Shown piece by piece: positions 39,777 through 52,494 of a stretch of 64,000 nt of DNA (positions within the stretch are counted from its first letter, which is position 1; the number at the start of each line of letters is the position of its first letter). A model generated the notes under the pieces. The model was not told the DNA's origin. It did not search any database and saw nothing but the letters and a program-made list of their open reading frames with translations. Made by a program: the position numbers and the translations under genes. This DNA comes from Octopus sinensis (taxonomy: Eukaryota), in the NCBI RefSeq assembly GCF_006345805.1, contig NC_042997.1:70742001-70806000 (forward strand), in the 5' to 3' direction.

Positions 39777-41108
39777 GAGTGAGAGAGCAATGCATTTGGG
39801 TAAAATATACGAAGCCCAGTATACCCGTCTGATAAGGGTACACTAGGCACATGCATCACAACCATATGTGTGCGACATGGTGATCTCATATCAAGATAAA
39901 CAGCACATGACCTTGCAGGTGGGGCCCAGTTAGAATATTCTTCTGGTCGAGTAACCCATCCCGCTCAAAAGGTCCCTGAATAAGGGTTGTTTAAGGATGT
40001 TGAACGAAACACCCATGTTTACAGAGGTGAATTATTCAAACCCCAAATAATCCCTCTCAACACATGGCAATGATGCTTCCCCACTTATTATTATTATTAT
40101 TATTGAGTGAGAGAGCAGTTCATGCCATCAAAGTGACACTGGGGTAAAATATACGAAGCCCAATATACCCATCATGACTACCGTCTGATAAAGGTACACC
40201 AGGCACATGCATCACAACCATATGTGCGCGACATGGTGATCTCATATCAAGATAAACAGCACATGACCTTGCAGGTGGGGCCCAGTTAGAATTTTCTTCA
40301 GTTTGAGTAGCCCATCCCGCTCAAACGGTCCCTGAATAAGGGTTGTTTAAGGATGTTGAAAGAACCACCCATGTTTCCAGAGGTGAACTATTCAAACCCC
40401 AAAGAATCCCTCTCAACACATGGCAATGATGCTTCCCCACTACTTCTGCTCGTGATCAGAGATGCACATATCGGCAGTCACTAAGGGACATGGTCAACTG
40501 GTTAAGGCCAAACAACTGACAATCAAATCTTTGGAATTGAGCAGAATATTTGCTGTAGTCCATCGTTTATACCAAGACAAATCAATGCACATGAAAACAC
40601 TTCCATTCAATTAAGATCAGAAGCCACGAGTGCCACTGCCTGGTACTGCATCAGGGTATTAGCCACTGCCTGGTACTACATCAAAGCATTTCGCACAGTC
40701 TGGTACTGCATCGGGGCATTAGCCACTTCCTGGTACTGCATTAGGGCATTAGCCACTGCCTGGTACTGCATCAGAGCATTATTATTATTATTATTATTAT
40801 TGAGTGACCGAGCAGAGCATGCCATCAAAGTGACACTGGGGTAAAATATACGAAGCCCAATATACCCATCATGACTACCCGTCTGATAAGGGCACACCAG
40901 GCACATGCATCACAACCATATGTGCGCGGCATGGTGATCTCATATCAAGATAAACTGCACATGACCTTGCAGGTGGGGCCCAGTTAGAATTTTCTTCAGT
41001 TTGTGTAGCCCATCCCGCTCAAACGGTCCCTGAATAAGGGTTGTTTAAGGATGTTGAAAAACCCACCCATGTCTCCAGAGGTGAATTATTCAAACCCCAA
41101 AGAATCCC

Positions 41109-41176
<68 letters not shown>

Positions 41177-41179
41177 GTT

Positions 41180-41230
<51 letters not shown>

Positions 41231-42117
41231 GAGTGAGAGAGCAATGCATTTGGGTAAAATATACGAAGCCCAGTATACCCGTCTGATAAGGGTACACTAG
41301 GCACATGCATCACAACCATATGTGTGCGACATGGTGATCTCATATCAAGATAAACAGCACATGACCTTGCAGGTGGGGCCCAGTTAGAATATTCTTCTGG
41401 TCGAGTAACCCATCCCGCTCAAAAGGTCCCTGAATAAGGGTTGTTTAAGGATGTTGAACGAAACACCCATGTTTACAGAGGTGAATTATTCATACCCCAA
41501 ATAATCCCTCTCAACACATGGCAATGATGCTTCCCCACTTATTATTATTATTATTATTATTGAGTGAGAGAGCAGTTCATGCCATCAAAGTGACACTGGG
41601 GTAAAATATACGAAGCCCAATATACCCATCATGACTACCCGTCTGATAAAGGTACACCAGGCACATGCATCACAACCATATGTGCGCGACATGGTGATCT
41701 CATATCAAGATAAACAGCATATGACCTTGCAGGTGGGGCCCAGTTAGAATTTTCTTCAGGTTGAGTAGCCCATCCCGCTCAAACGGTCCCTGAATAAGGG
41801 TTGTTTAAGGATGTTGAAAGAACCACCCATGTTTCCAGAGGTGAACTATTCAAACCCCAAAGAATCCCTCTCAACACATGGCTATGATGCTCCCCCACTA
41901 CTTCTGCTCGTGATCAGAGATGCACATATCGTCACCCACTAAGGGACATGCTCAACTGGTGAAGGTCAAACAACTGACAAGCGAATCTGTGGTATTGAGC
42001 AGAATATTTGCTGTAGCCCATCTTTTATACCAAGACAAAACAATGTACATGATAACACTTCCAATGAGTTAAGATCAGAAGCCACAAGAGCCACTGCCTG
42101 GTACTGCAACAGGGCAT
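38657..42117 (-). mobile_element. Head-to-tail array of 7 copies of the ORF-less (TAA)n-targeted element
   Basis: Copies at 38657-39323, 39346-39652, 39777-40084, 40105-40779, 40802-41108, 41231-41538 and 41562-42117. Each is separated by (TTA)n on the plus strand. Confidence 0.92.
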
Positions 42118-42118
42118 T

Positions 42119-42234
<116 letters not shown>

Positions 42235-42682
42235 TATGAGGATTGCAAAGAAAGACACAAATAATCATATTTAATAAAAATTATATTGTATAAAACTGGC
42301 CTTTATTTAACACCATGATGAACAAAAGAGAATGATGTAGATACAATCTTCATTTTGTCATCTAGTTAATAAATTATGGGACAAATAATTTCAACAATAA
42401 ATATTTCCCCTGGAATCCGTTTGAGAATTGCTGGTGCCATATTATGTGTTATAATGGCACCTATTTTGTGTGTTGGAACTGTTCCTGAGAAACTGTAATT
42501 ATTGCATTTCAAGTGAAATGTAAGAATCCCGAAATTTAGACCATTTTATGTCTGGCAGTTTGTATTTTGATTGTGAATATGAAATATATCACCATCAGTT
42601 TCGATCGACTTAATTTACCTGCATACCAACTTACCGTGTACTTGACTGGACATTCCTCAGGCAGACTCAGCGTGACACAGTT

Positions 42683-42724
<42 letters not shown>

Positions 42725-43029
42725 TGCGTGTATTTGTGTGTGTGAAAGAGGGAGAGTTAGAGAGAGAGAACTGAATTTTTTAATCATATTTACAAAACAC
42801 CCGATTAGTTTTGCACAATTTCCATTTACCTAATTTAACTCACAAAATCAGTCGACTTAAGATAACGTAAAAACCATTTGCTTAAGATAGCAGACATTTG
42901 GATAGAACCCGGAGCCTTACTTTTTGAAAGATAACGTTTTAACCATTGAATATGCTATACCCACTTATACCAATGTAAAGCAAAACTAAGTACACCTACA
43001 GCTCACCCAATATCATTAATCAGATGCTA

Positions 43030-43770
43030 CAACTAATTTATATCCTGTTTGTTAAAAAATAGTAAAAAACAATTAACATACAGTCCCAAATCTTTTTTTC
43101 GGGAACTTTCAAGATTAACTTTAGTAGACCAATGGATAGCGAAAATAGCCTCCTCTCCATACAATCCACCTCTTAATTCACGAAATTCTGAGTATGGTAA
43201 AGAATGTAAATGCCTACTAAATCATTACTCGTGCTGTGTCGCTGGACACCAGTAATGTTGAAATAATCGGGTGTATCAGTTCTTGTCCAGTATTTTTCAG
43301 TGAATTCTATTATACTGTTCTTAGTCATTAGTAATATATTAATTTCACATTTTAGATAAATCTAAACTCTTCATCATGAAAATTAAGGCCTTATTAATAA
43401 AATAGTGCTGACAGTTGAATAATAATTCATTATATCTAATTGAATGAATTTAGTACGTTTTCTATCTTTAATATCGATGAACCAACCACTTATTTCCAAG
43501 GAATAAGGCCATAAACATTAATTAACATGTTGTCTAGGATTAGGAATATGCTTATCAATAATAAGTTTACGAATCTTATCAGGTGGTATTATCAAGTTAT
43601 ACATAACTATTTCAGTTATCTAAGTTAAAACTCGATTTAGTGGGGCAAATGTCTAACTTGTGAATTTGTCTCTTTAAGTTTATTCTGGGGGTTTGGGGAG
43701 TGTAGTGTTTAGTACGATCTTCCACTTGTTAATCTTCAACCAATTTCACAATTAAGTTAATGTTATGTAA
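43030..43770 (-). mobile_element. Decayed Penelope-like reverse transcriptase fragment
   Basis: WFIDIKDRKRTKFIQLDIMNYYSTV resembles FIQFDIxDFYPSI. YFNITG..NDLVGIYIL resembles FDVTMG..ELVGLYIL. GLYGEEAI resembles GLYRDDGL. Confidence 0.65.
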
Positions 43771-44505
43771 GCTTTCCTTAGAAGTTTTTCAATAGTCCTT
43801 CATAATTTCTTTTTTAAAAAAATCGAGGAATATTTCAGATTCCATATTTACAGTTTTTTCAGCATGGTATACTTCTGATTTACTTCGTTAACTGTTACAA
43901 TTTTCTTAGGTGGGTCTTTCCTCTGAAAGGGATTCGAAGGAAGTTAACGTTCTTAACGATATTCTCATGTCCATCTTCGAAACCAGCTAATAGTGTGTTA
44001 TACGGAGGAATCCTTCGTGATGTAAATATATATCAATGGCTTACGTGCAGTGACATCCATCAACACTTTTCTGTCGATGGTGCTATATTTCATTATTTCA
44101 TAATTTTCTCATGCTTTGCATTAAATCGCAATGTTGAAACCACTCGCCAACTCGCAGTGATTCCGTCAAAAGAGACCTCGAAAAAAGAAAAAGAAAACTT
44201 TATTCATATGAAGAAAATTATATCATATTATTGCACCACATTCTTTAGTTAATTATTAGCAGTACACAAGTAAAACGCTGAAAATCGCTACAACTGTTGG
44301 CCTCACAAAAATCATGGGTCTCTCTTCACGAAAGTACGTCTTTAATATTATTAGGAATGAATTTCAATGTCTACTCCTTTCCTTCATCCCACAATAATTG
44401 TTAACAGAATATGATAAAGATTTACTGTTTTATCAGCCAAGACAAATATTCCGTTAACTGCTGCAATTTTCTTGCAGTTAACTATTGCAATTTGTCTTAT
44501 TTATA

Positions 44506-44843
44506 GGGGAGACCCGCTTCGGTCATGATTGACCAGGGGATTGCGCCTAGAAAATTACTCTCCGAGGTACAAGTCCGGGCAAGGTTGTTTATGGAAGGCC
44601 AGCAGTCGCCCATGCATACCAACCTCCCCTCTCCACACCACTATTGTAATCCAAGCGAAAAGCAAAGGCCGATACAGCTAGGCACCAATGATGTCGCAAC
44701 TCATTTTAACAGCTGAGTTAACCGGAGCAACGTGAAATAAAGTGTCTTGCTCAAGAACACAACACGCCGCCCGGTCCGGGAATCGAACTCACAACCTCAC
44801 GATCGTAAGCTCGACGCTGTAACCACTGAGTCATGCGCGTTCA
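44506..44843 (-). mobile_element. tRNA-derived CORE-like SINE, near full length
   Basis: Minus strand: GACTCAGTGGTTACAGCG..GAGTTCGATTCCCGG..TTGAGCAAGACACTTTATTTCACGTTGCTCC. Confidence 0.8.
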
Positions 44844-46094
44844 CTAACTTATTTATTAGTAGTGTGATTTTGGATATAGTAAATTTTGTCCTTATACCCA
44901 TCTTCAGTTATTGTGAAACCTACAGTGGGGTAATACTCATTTACAAGGGATGCACATGCTAACATCCTTGAACGTAACCAGAAAATCCCATACGATTTAT
45001 CGGCATAAGCTGTCTCATAGGAACCCACACCAGCCTCTGCTCCTTAGACGTACTCTCTCCTCTTTCTAACTTTTGTAATGATTGCTATTCACAGGTGGCT
45101 GAAATCATGAAACCATCATTTAATCCTTTTCGACCCATTTGCCTCTCCTCCTCTCACTATGATTGTTGTGTCCTTCCCAGGGATTGCACCAATTAATACG
45201 CCTAATCCTTTGTTCTCAGAACGTCGGCCCGTTGCAGCACACTACTTTTTTCAGTATTCCTCGGATGTATTGACATAGGAAAGGAGTGTTCATAGTCTTT
45301 GAAATAATATGGGGAACTGTACCTAAGTAAAGATCTATCAAGTAATCTATCTATCTATCTATCTGTCTATCTATTTATCAATCTATTTATCTATCTAGCT
45401 AACTATCTATCTACACATACATGCACACACATATACACACATGTATATATGACCGTGTGTGCGTGTATATATGTATGAGTATATGCGTGCGTGTATATAT
45501 TTGAATGAATACAAGCATTAATATTCACGCATATAATGAATACGTATGAATGTATTTAGTAGAAAGCGCGCGTGAGTTCAGGGGCATGTGGACGTTATCA
45601 ATTATATGTAACAAATGTAGAGATATACAGAGAGACATATGTAAAAACAAATAAAAGAAAACTACGGTCTATTCTCAGGCGAATATTAATACGCAAGTAC
45701 ACACAAACACTAGCCGGCACAACTTATTTTGCGATAAGTAACCTTTCCGTGACCCTGATATTAACACTACGTTGTTATCTATAAGTAACAACAGAAGTGT
45801 GTTGCATAAACCTCGAAGGGGTCAACGTTTTCTTGGCATCGTTCCTGATATCTTCAATCTGTACCAAACACCTAATTGTACTCTCTTTCTTCATTGGATT
45901 AGATAGCAGCTGGGTCAGTCAAATACAACCTCGTAAATAAGCCCACACATTCGTGAATAGTTGACGGACAAGATAATTTACAATTGAAATAGTAAGATTT
46001 TATAAGCGATGGCGCGTCTCTTTTTATGTAGGTATGTGTGTATGTATGTATGTATGAATTATGTGTTTTATTTGTGTATGTATATGCACGTATA

Positions 46095-46146
<52 letters not shown>

Positions 46147-46251
46147 TACATAGATAGATAGATATAGATATATATATATATATGCACACACACATGTATA
46201 TATATACATATATCCACGTACATAAAATCATATGCAATGTACATACACATG

Positions 46252-46289
<38 letters not shown>

Positions 46290-46617
46290 TGTGTATGCGT
46301 ATGTTTGTATGTCTGTGTGAGTGTGTGTGCACATTTTATGAGTTCGTAAATGGATCACGTTTGTTTTCGAATATGTGTACACAGTTGTTCGCTCAATTAA
46401 ATAACCTACAAATTATATAATTCTTAGACTCTTCATTTCATAGACCCTCTGTTACGGTCTATAATATCAGATATTTTGTTGAATTTAATCGTCTTGCTAC
46501 ACACCCACTAAAATTTCAGGACTTGTTCCAAAATATGAAGCCAATACATTGGCGTGTGTGTGTATTTGTGTATTCTATAGACACATTTAATGTTAACTTA
46601 AACCTCGGAGAGGTCTA

Positions 46618-46913
46618 GGAAGTGCAAGATGGCTGCCAGAAGATGGGCTTCTATTAGTCAAAGCATTTATATGAGTGGATTAACGAAAGGAAAGGGCACT
46701 AAGCATAGCACAGCAACAATAGCCTGTCCATTGGAAACTGTTACAATTGCTTTGGATTCTGTTGAGCTCCATTCACGAGCGTTGGCTAAGAGTTTGCAGT
46801 GGAGACAGAAACACTACTGTACTCGCTCAAAATCATCCAAATACCACCATGGGCACCATGTGACCCTCGTTGACCAACAGCAGCCCATCTTCTGGCAGCC
46901 ATCTTGGACTTCC
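46618..46913. repeat. 32-bp inverted repeat pair enclosing ~230 bp (MITE-like)
   Basis: GGAAGTGCAAGATGGCTGCCAGAAGATGGGCT at 46618-46649 versus 46882-46913, 1 mismatch. Confidence 0.85.
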
Positions 46914-47297
46914 TTGCCTCTTAATTTGGCTCTTTCAGAGCCTAAAGGAGACGGACTTCGTTAGGGGCCTGCGAAACTTGAAGTAGTACGGAAACTGAAC
47001 TGTTTTAAATAATACATATAACTTCTAAATGTGTTCAGTGCCTTTTGAGTTTGTTTGTCCACTACACACCCACACCCACACACACAAACACGCACACACA
47101 CACGCATGTAGATATATGTTTGATAGATCGCTAGCCACTAAACATCTTTTTATTTTCTCTCCTTGTTTATTTCAGTGCTCCTTTCTGTCGAAGAGCGTAG
47201 GCTCGAAATGTAAAAGACTTTCTCACTTCCCGAGTGTTAAACTAATACATGTTTGTTGTTTACACACCCGTCTTTTGTTTTATTTGTAAATTCTCAC

Positions 47298-47364
<67 letters not shown>

Positions 47365-48214
47365 ATGTATGTATGCTTGTATGTATGTATAATATATACA
47401 TTAAACATTAAGCAAGAAAAATTATTTTACCACGAACAAGACTATAGTTGCCCAATGTATGTCGAAGAGCATCATTATTTATTGTACAAAGTTTGTGGTC
47501 CATGTGAATGCTTATATATAGTTGCTATATAAATTGATGCATGTATACACATTCGTTATTCTAATATACGTCTACTCAGCTGAAATCTTCCACATACTGA
47601 TCATATGCCGACAGGTGCTTCTGATAAGACCCACTGGAGCACGTATTTAAACGCGTATCAGCCAAATGATATTCACGGGTATAAATGGTAGGTAGGTAGG
47701 TAGGTAGGTTGGAAGAAAGGGATGAATGGACGAACGGACGGATGGATGGATGGATGGATGAAATCATTCTTGTGTCATTCATGTAGACCATTGCTGGTTT
47801 TGGATGTGTTTCGTTATTATATGGCATTTATCAGCCGCGCATATTTAATTTTGTGTTGCCGCATTTATGTTGGGTATGCTGTGTTATATATTTCAATCAT
47901 TCGGCACAAAACCTATCTACTTATCTTTCATTGACATGCATAATCGGATAAATCTGTGCCATTGATGAACCATCTTTAAAACCTATTATCACTCGTATTG
48001 TTTATGAAGCTTTCTATTTCATATTCTGTGATGAGCCTTCTTTTTCTTTTTATTAATCCTGATCCTTCTTACTGGTTATGAATTTTTTAAAACCATCCAG
48101 ATACAATCAGTTCTACATAATCTGTCCTTAACCTCAAATTGCGTATTCCTTTAGTTTAATGTACTCTAATAATAATGATACTCATACACTTACAATAATG
48201 GTAATCTTTCATAT

Positions 48215-49450
48215 TTTTCTCGTTTCATTAGACTACGGCCATGCTAGGCACCGCCTTTAAGGGTTTAGTCAAACAAATCAACCGCAGTACTTATTTATTA
48301 AGCCTGATGCTTATTGTATTAGTTTCTTTTGCCGAACTCTTAATTTATGGGGATACAAACAAACTCCAGTTGGTGTCAGTGACAAGCACAAACGCGCGCG
48401 CGTACACACACATCCACACACACATACATAAATACACACACACACACAAACACACACATAGGTACGTTTGACTTAATTTTCCATCTATCAAATCTCTTTT
48501 ACAAATGTTTGATTCGCCCCGGTTATAGGAGACACTTAACCAAAATTTCAGGCATTGAGAGTAAAACTGAACTTCATACCATACAGCCACTCTAGTCAGT
48601 ATATTTTTTGCAACTTCACCAAATAGTGATATTTTCATCTCAAATCATTTACATTTGACTTATCTTATGGAACATATATTACATACGTGTTTTCCATGTC
48701 AGGCTTGAAGCTGATAGACATAATAGAGGTATAGTCATATCAACATAAAAACTAATTTCCTTGATGATGATATGCGGAGCTTTATGCATTAATATTTGCA
48801 TGATACATATGAAACTTAAGCTTAATTGTCAACATAGATAAAATAATTACATGCGCCCTTTTAAAGCCTAGCCAGCCTCATGGGTCCGGTTTCACGGTTT
48901 CTATAGCGTATGTGTTCCCCAGCTGGACGGGACGCCGGTCCATCGCAACGTTACTCATTTTTGCCAGCTCAGTGGACTGGAGCAACGTGAAATGAAGTGT
49001 TTTGCGCAACACAACGCGTCGTCCGCTCCAGGAATCGAAACCACAATCTTACGATCATGGTGCTGACACCCTAACCACTAAGCCACACGCCTCCACTAAC
49101 TGTCAACATAACAATGTTTAACTTATCATGTTATTAGCATGGTTCAGATTTATTACATGGCCACGACACCTCTTAATCGTTGTATATACATGCGTTTATA
49201 TATGTGCGTGTGTGTGTGTATTTATGTATGTGTGTCTTTGTCTCTCTGTCCCCCAACCATCGCTTGACAACCGATATTGTTGGGTTTACGTCTCCGTAAC
49301 ATAGCGGTTCGGCAAAAGAAAACGATAGAATAAGTACTAAGCTTACAAAGAATAAATCCTGGGATCGATTTCTTCGACTCAAAAACACTTTAAAGCGGTA
49401 CTCCAGCATGATTGGAGTCAAATGACTGACTCAATAAAAGAACAAAAGAA
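48215..49450. mobile_element. Cluster of three SINE copies (48215-48590 minus, 48864-49095 minus, 49190-49450 plus)
   Basis: Homologous to the SINE families described above. B box GGAATCGAAAC at about 49031. Confidence 0.75.
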
Positions 49451-49459
49451 TGTATGTAT

Positions 49460-49568
<109 letters not shown>

Positions 49569-50239
49569 GGGTGCAAGGGGTAAATTATCGCCACTTTATA
49601 TTTTCAATTTCACGCATGCGCATTGTTTGCTTTTGATTTTGACGACTACACAGCACAGTAAGATCAATTGGGCACCGGCTATGCAAAATAAAAAAAAAAC
49701 ACCATGACGCAGTTCCTTCCGCCAGAAATTTAGAAACGATTCAGAGGGTTTGGGTGTCAATCTGATGACAGAACATGTACTTAGATTGATAAAAATTAAC
49801 ATCATCGTGTATGGACTGATGGCGACGTTATGCCTCCATTTATCATCCCATGCGGCCTCAAACACGGAGGCCTACATCAAGTGCCTGGAGGCATCATATA
49901 GTGCCTTCATTAAGTACTTGCATCGCCCTTGATTATTATGTGTGGAGCGCAGTTGAGCGAGAGAACAACAGAAATCCTTGTAACACCAAAAAGGATCTAA
50001 AGGCAAGGATTATGGCAGGACTTAAACTTAAAGAAGGAGACCGTCTAGAAGACTTGCAGAAGATTCCGAAGTTGTCTGGAGGTTGTGATTGAAGCCAATG
50101 GTGATTTTATTGAATAAATTTATATTTTAGGATTTCATGATATTTTTATGCAATTTTGATAAATATATCTGTTGAATGAGATGTCAGTGTTATTTTCATT
50201 ATCGCATAATATAGACGACGATTTATTCACTGCCCCCTC
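49569..50239 (+). mobile_element. maT/DD37D-like Tc1/mariner deletion derivative
   Basis: DGDVMPPFIIP..NTEAYIKCLE and LDYYVWSAVERE..CNTKKDLKARIM..EANGDFIE*. Degenerate TIRs, TA flanks. Confidence 0.75.
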
Positions 50240-50249
50240 TATATATATG

Positions 50250-51110
50250 CGGGTTATTTTATACTTCTTTTGCTTTTCAAAATTAAGATAAAGTTCTTTT
50301 TTAATTCTAAAATATACTCTCCTTCATTTTCTACAATGCGCTTCCATCTATCTGGAAGACGTGTAAGGCCCCTCTTCTAAATTTCAGTTGACTGTGACGA
50401 AAAATACTCCTCCATCACTGTTCGGACCTCGTCTACAGAATTCATATTTTTCCGTTCAAATGATTTTGAAGACTCCGCAATAAATGATAATCAGATGGAG
50501 CAATTTTCTGCGAATACGGTGGCTGGGGCATTGTTTCCCACTGAAACCGCCCTATCATTATCCTGATGGAAGAATACCTTTCGTCATGAAACCAAAGATG
50601 GTCGTTTTCTTCTAGCGCAGGTATTGATGAATGGTTGAATGACCAAATCCAAGCTTCTCTGCTGGTTCATCAACAGTTACGACGGGATTTTGTTCCACCA
50701 GGATTTGCAGGACGTCCTCGTCGAGCTCTACATATCTTGCAGGAAGAAGCTCGTCTTCAAGGCATTAGTTTCCGGCTCGGAATTTCTGGAACCACCGATG
50801 ATACTGGCTTACGCTTATTGTCCGATCCCCATACACTGTAATAATATTACTTGCACTTTCCGTTGCGTTGTTGCCTTTATTGAACTCATAAAACAAAAGA
50901 TGCTGAATAAGCTCCTCTGCCAATTCCATTATAGCTTTGAAAAAAGAATTGTTAAAATCGAACTGCACCCTTCAAAACTTGCACTAAGAATAAGTATAAG
51001 GTAAAATTTCTACCTGCTTTTATAGCAAGTTGATGCAGTTAGTTTATTCCGGACCTTTCCGACATTTAGTTCATGAGATTGGAAAAACGTATTCTTTATG
51101 GGATCACCAA
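50250..51110 (-). mobile_element. Mariner deletion derivative
   Basis: HLLFYEFNKGNNATESASNIITVYGD..RWFQKFRAGN and HPPYSQKIAPSDYHLLRSLQNHL..RWKRIVENEGEY. Confidence 0.8.
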
Positions 51111-51164
51111 CACACACACACATATATGTATATATATATATGCATGTATACATAGGTGTAGGAG

Positions 51165-51321
51165 TGAGTGTGTGGTAATTAGCTTGCTTACCAACCACAT
51201 GGCTCCAACTTCAGACCCACTGCGTGGCACCTTGAGCAAGTATATTCTACTATAGCCTTGGGTTGGCCAAAGCCTTGTGAGTGGAATTGTGAGACGGAAC
51301 TTAAAAGATGTATTATGTGTT

Positions 51322-51330
<9 letters not shown>
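51165..51330 (+). mobile_element. SINE 5' half (tRNA head plus CORE-like domain)
   Basis: GTGTGGTAATTAGCTTGC..GGCACCTTGAGCAAGTATATTCTACTATAGCC. Confidence 0.75.
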
Positions 51331-51363
<33 letters not shown>

Positions 51364-51667
51364 ATATATATATCAGATAAAAGGCGAAATATAATTAATT
51401 TAATAAAATCAACAAATTTCACCAAGTAGTTTTTCGGTATGAAAAAGGACCATATTCGGTAAAATTATATATGATTATAACAATGAGGGTCTTTGCAACA
51501 GGTTGCTAGACCACATACCGAAAGTATTAGAAATAGTAGCCAGGCGACTGTTATTTCTTTTACTACAAAAATATGTCCCACAAACAACAGTATTTGTAAC
51601 TCACTATGGTAAAAAAAACGAAGAAAACAACGAATTCAAACAAATCAAACAAATCAAACATATATAT

Positions 51668-51929
51668 ATATTAGAAGAAATGAGGTACTCAGAAATTCGG
51701 ATGGTTTTATATTTACAGATATTTATTTGGATATTACATGTTTTTATACATCATATAACTTAGATCATATATTAGCGCTTTCTCCTAATCTAGTGGGGTT
51801 TTCAAATCGAACTGTTTGAATGGGAGAAAGCGCTAATATATGATCTAAGTTATATGATGTATAAAAACATGTAATATCTGTAAATATAAAACCGTCCGAA
51901 TTTCTGAGTACCTCATTTCTTCTAATATA
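51668..51929. repeat. Near-perfect palindrome with 107-bp arms and a 37-nt spacer
   Basis: Arms 51668-51785 and 51823-51929. They differ by a 12-nt duplication in the left arm and one substitution. Confidence 0.92.
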
Positions 51930-51956
51930 AAATACCTGTACATCATCTCCAAACCT

Positions 51957-51999
<43 letters not shown>

Positions 52000-52324
52000 T
52001 ACATACATATGTATACACACACACAAAAGCAAACAGACACACCGGTACATACATACTTACACATTACTAACCTAGATTGGATTTAAATTACAATTGCACA
52101 CTGTCCGTGTCAGCAAAATTTTAATTTCAGTTGAATAGCCTTCAATGACATATTCGTGTCCTTTGTGTGTTGAATAACACCTGCTCCAACTGAAGGCACG
52201 ATCTTTTGATTTGCAATAAGTTAAGCGCTGCTTTACGGAATTCCACATTACGGCATTCCTTTACAAAGGCATACGTAAATGTCGCATGCATAAAAGTATG
52301 GTTATATGTGCATGTCTGTGTGTG

Positions 52325-52385
<61 letters not shown>

Positions 52386-52494
52386 TGTGAGTGTGTGTGT
52401 GTGCGTGTATGTGGGTATATATATACATGCACACATATATATGCATATATGCATATATATATATGTGGGGGCGAGTATGTATATATATATATAC

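Noticed and set aside
38657-42117. CRISPR-like or satellite interpretation of the array
   Set aside because: Units are 300-670 bp, 5'-truncated copies of an interspersed element separated by microsatellite. There are no unique spacers and no cas genes, and the context is eukaryotic.
42376-42498. Similarity of MGQIIS to arenavirus glycoprotein signal peptides (endogenous virus idea)
   Set aside because: Only the first few residues match and there is no downstream glycoprotein frame.
46629-46964. 111-aa ORF MAARRWASISQ...
   Set aside because: It starts within and runs through an inverted-repeat unit, and has no domain-like features.
47600-47665. CTGATAAGACC..AAACGCGTA hammerhead-like remnant
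   Set aside because: The core has a mismatch, and stems I and II cannot be formed convincingly.
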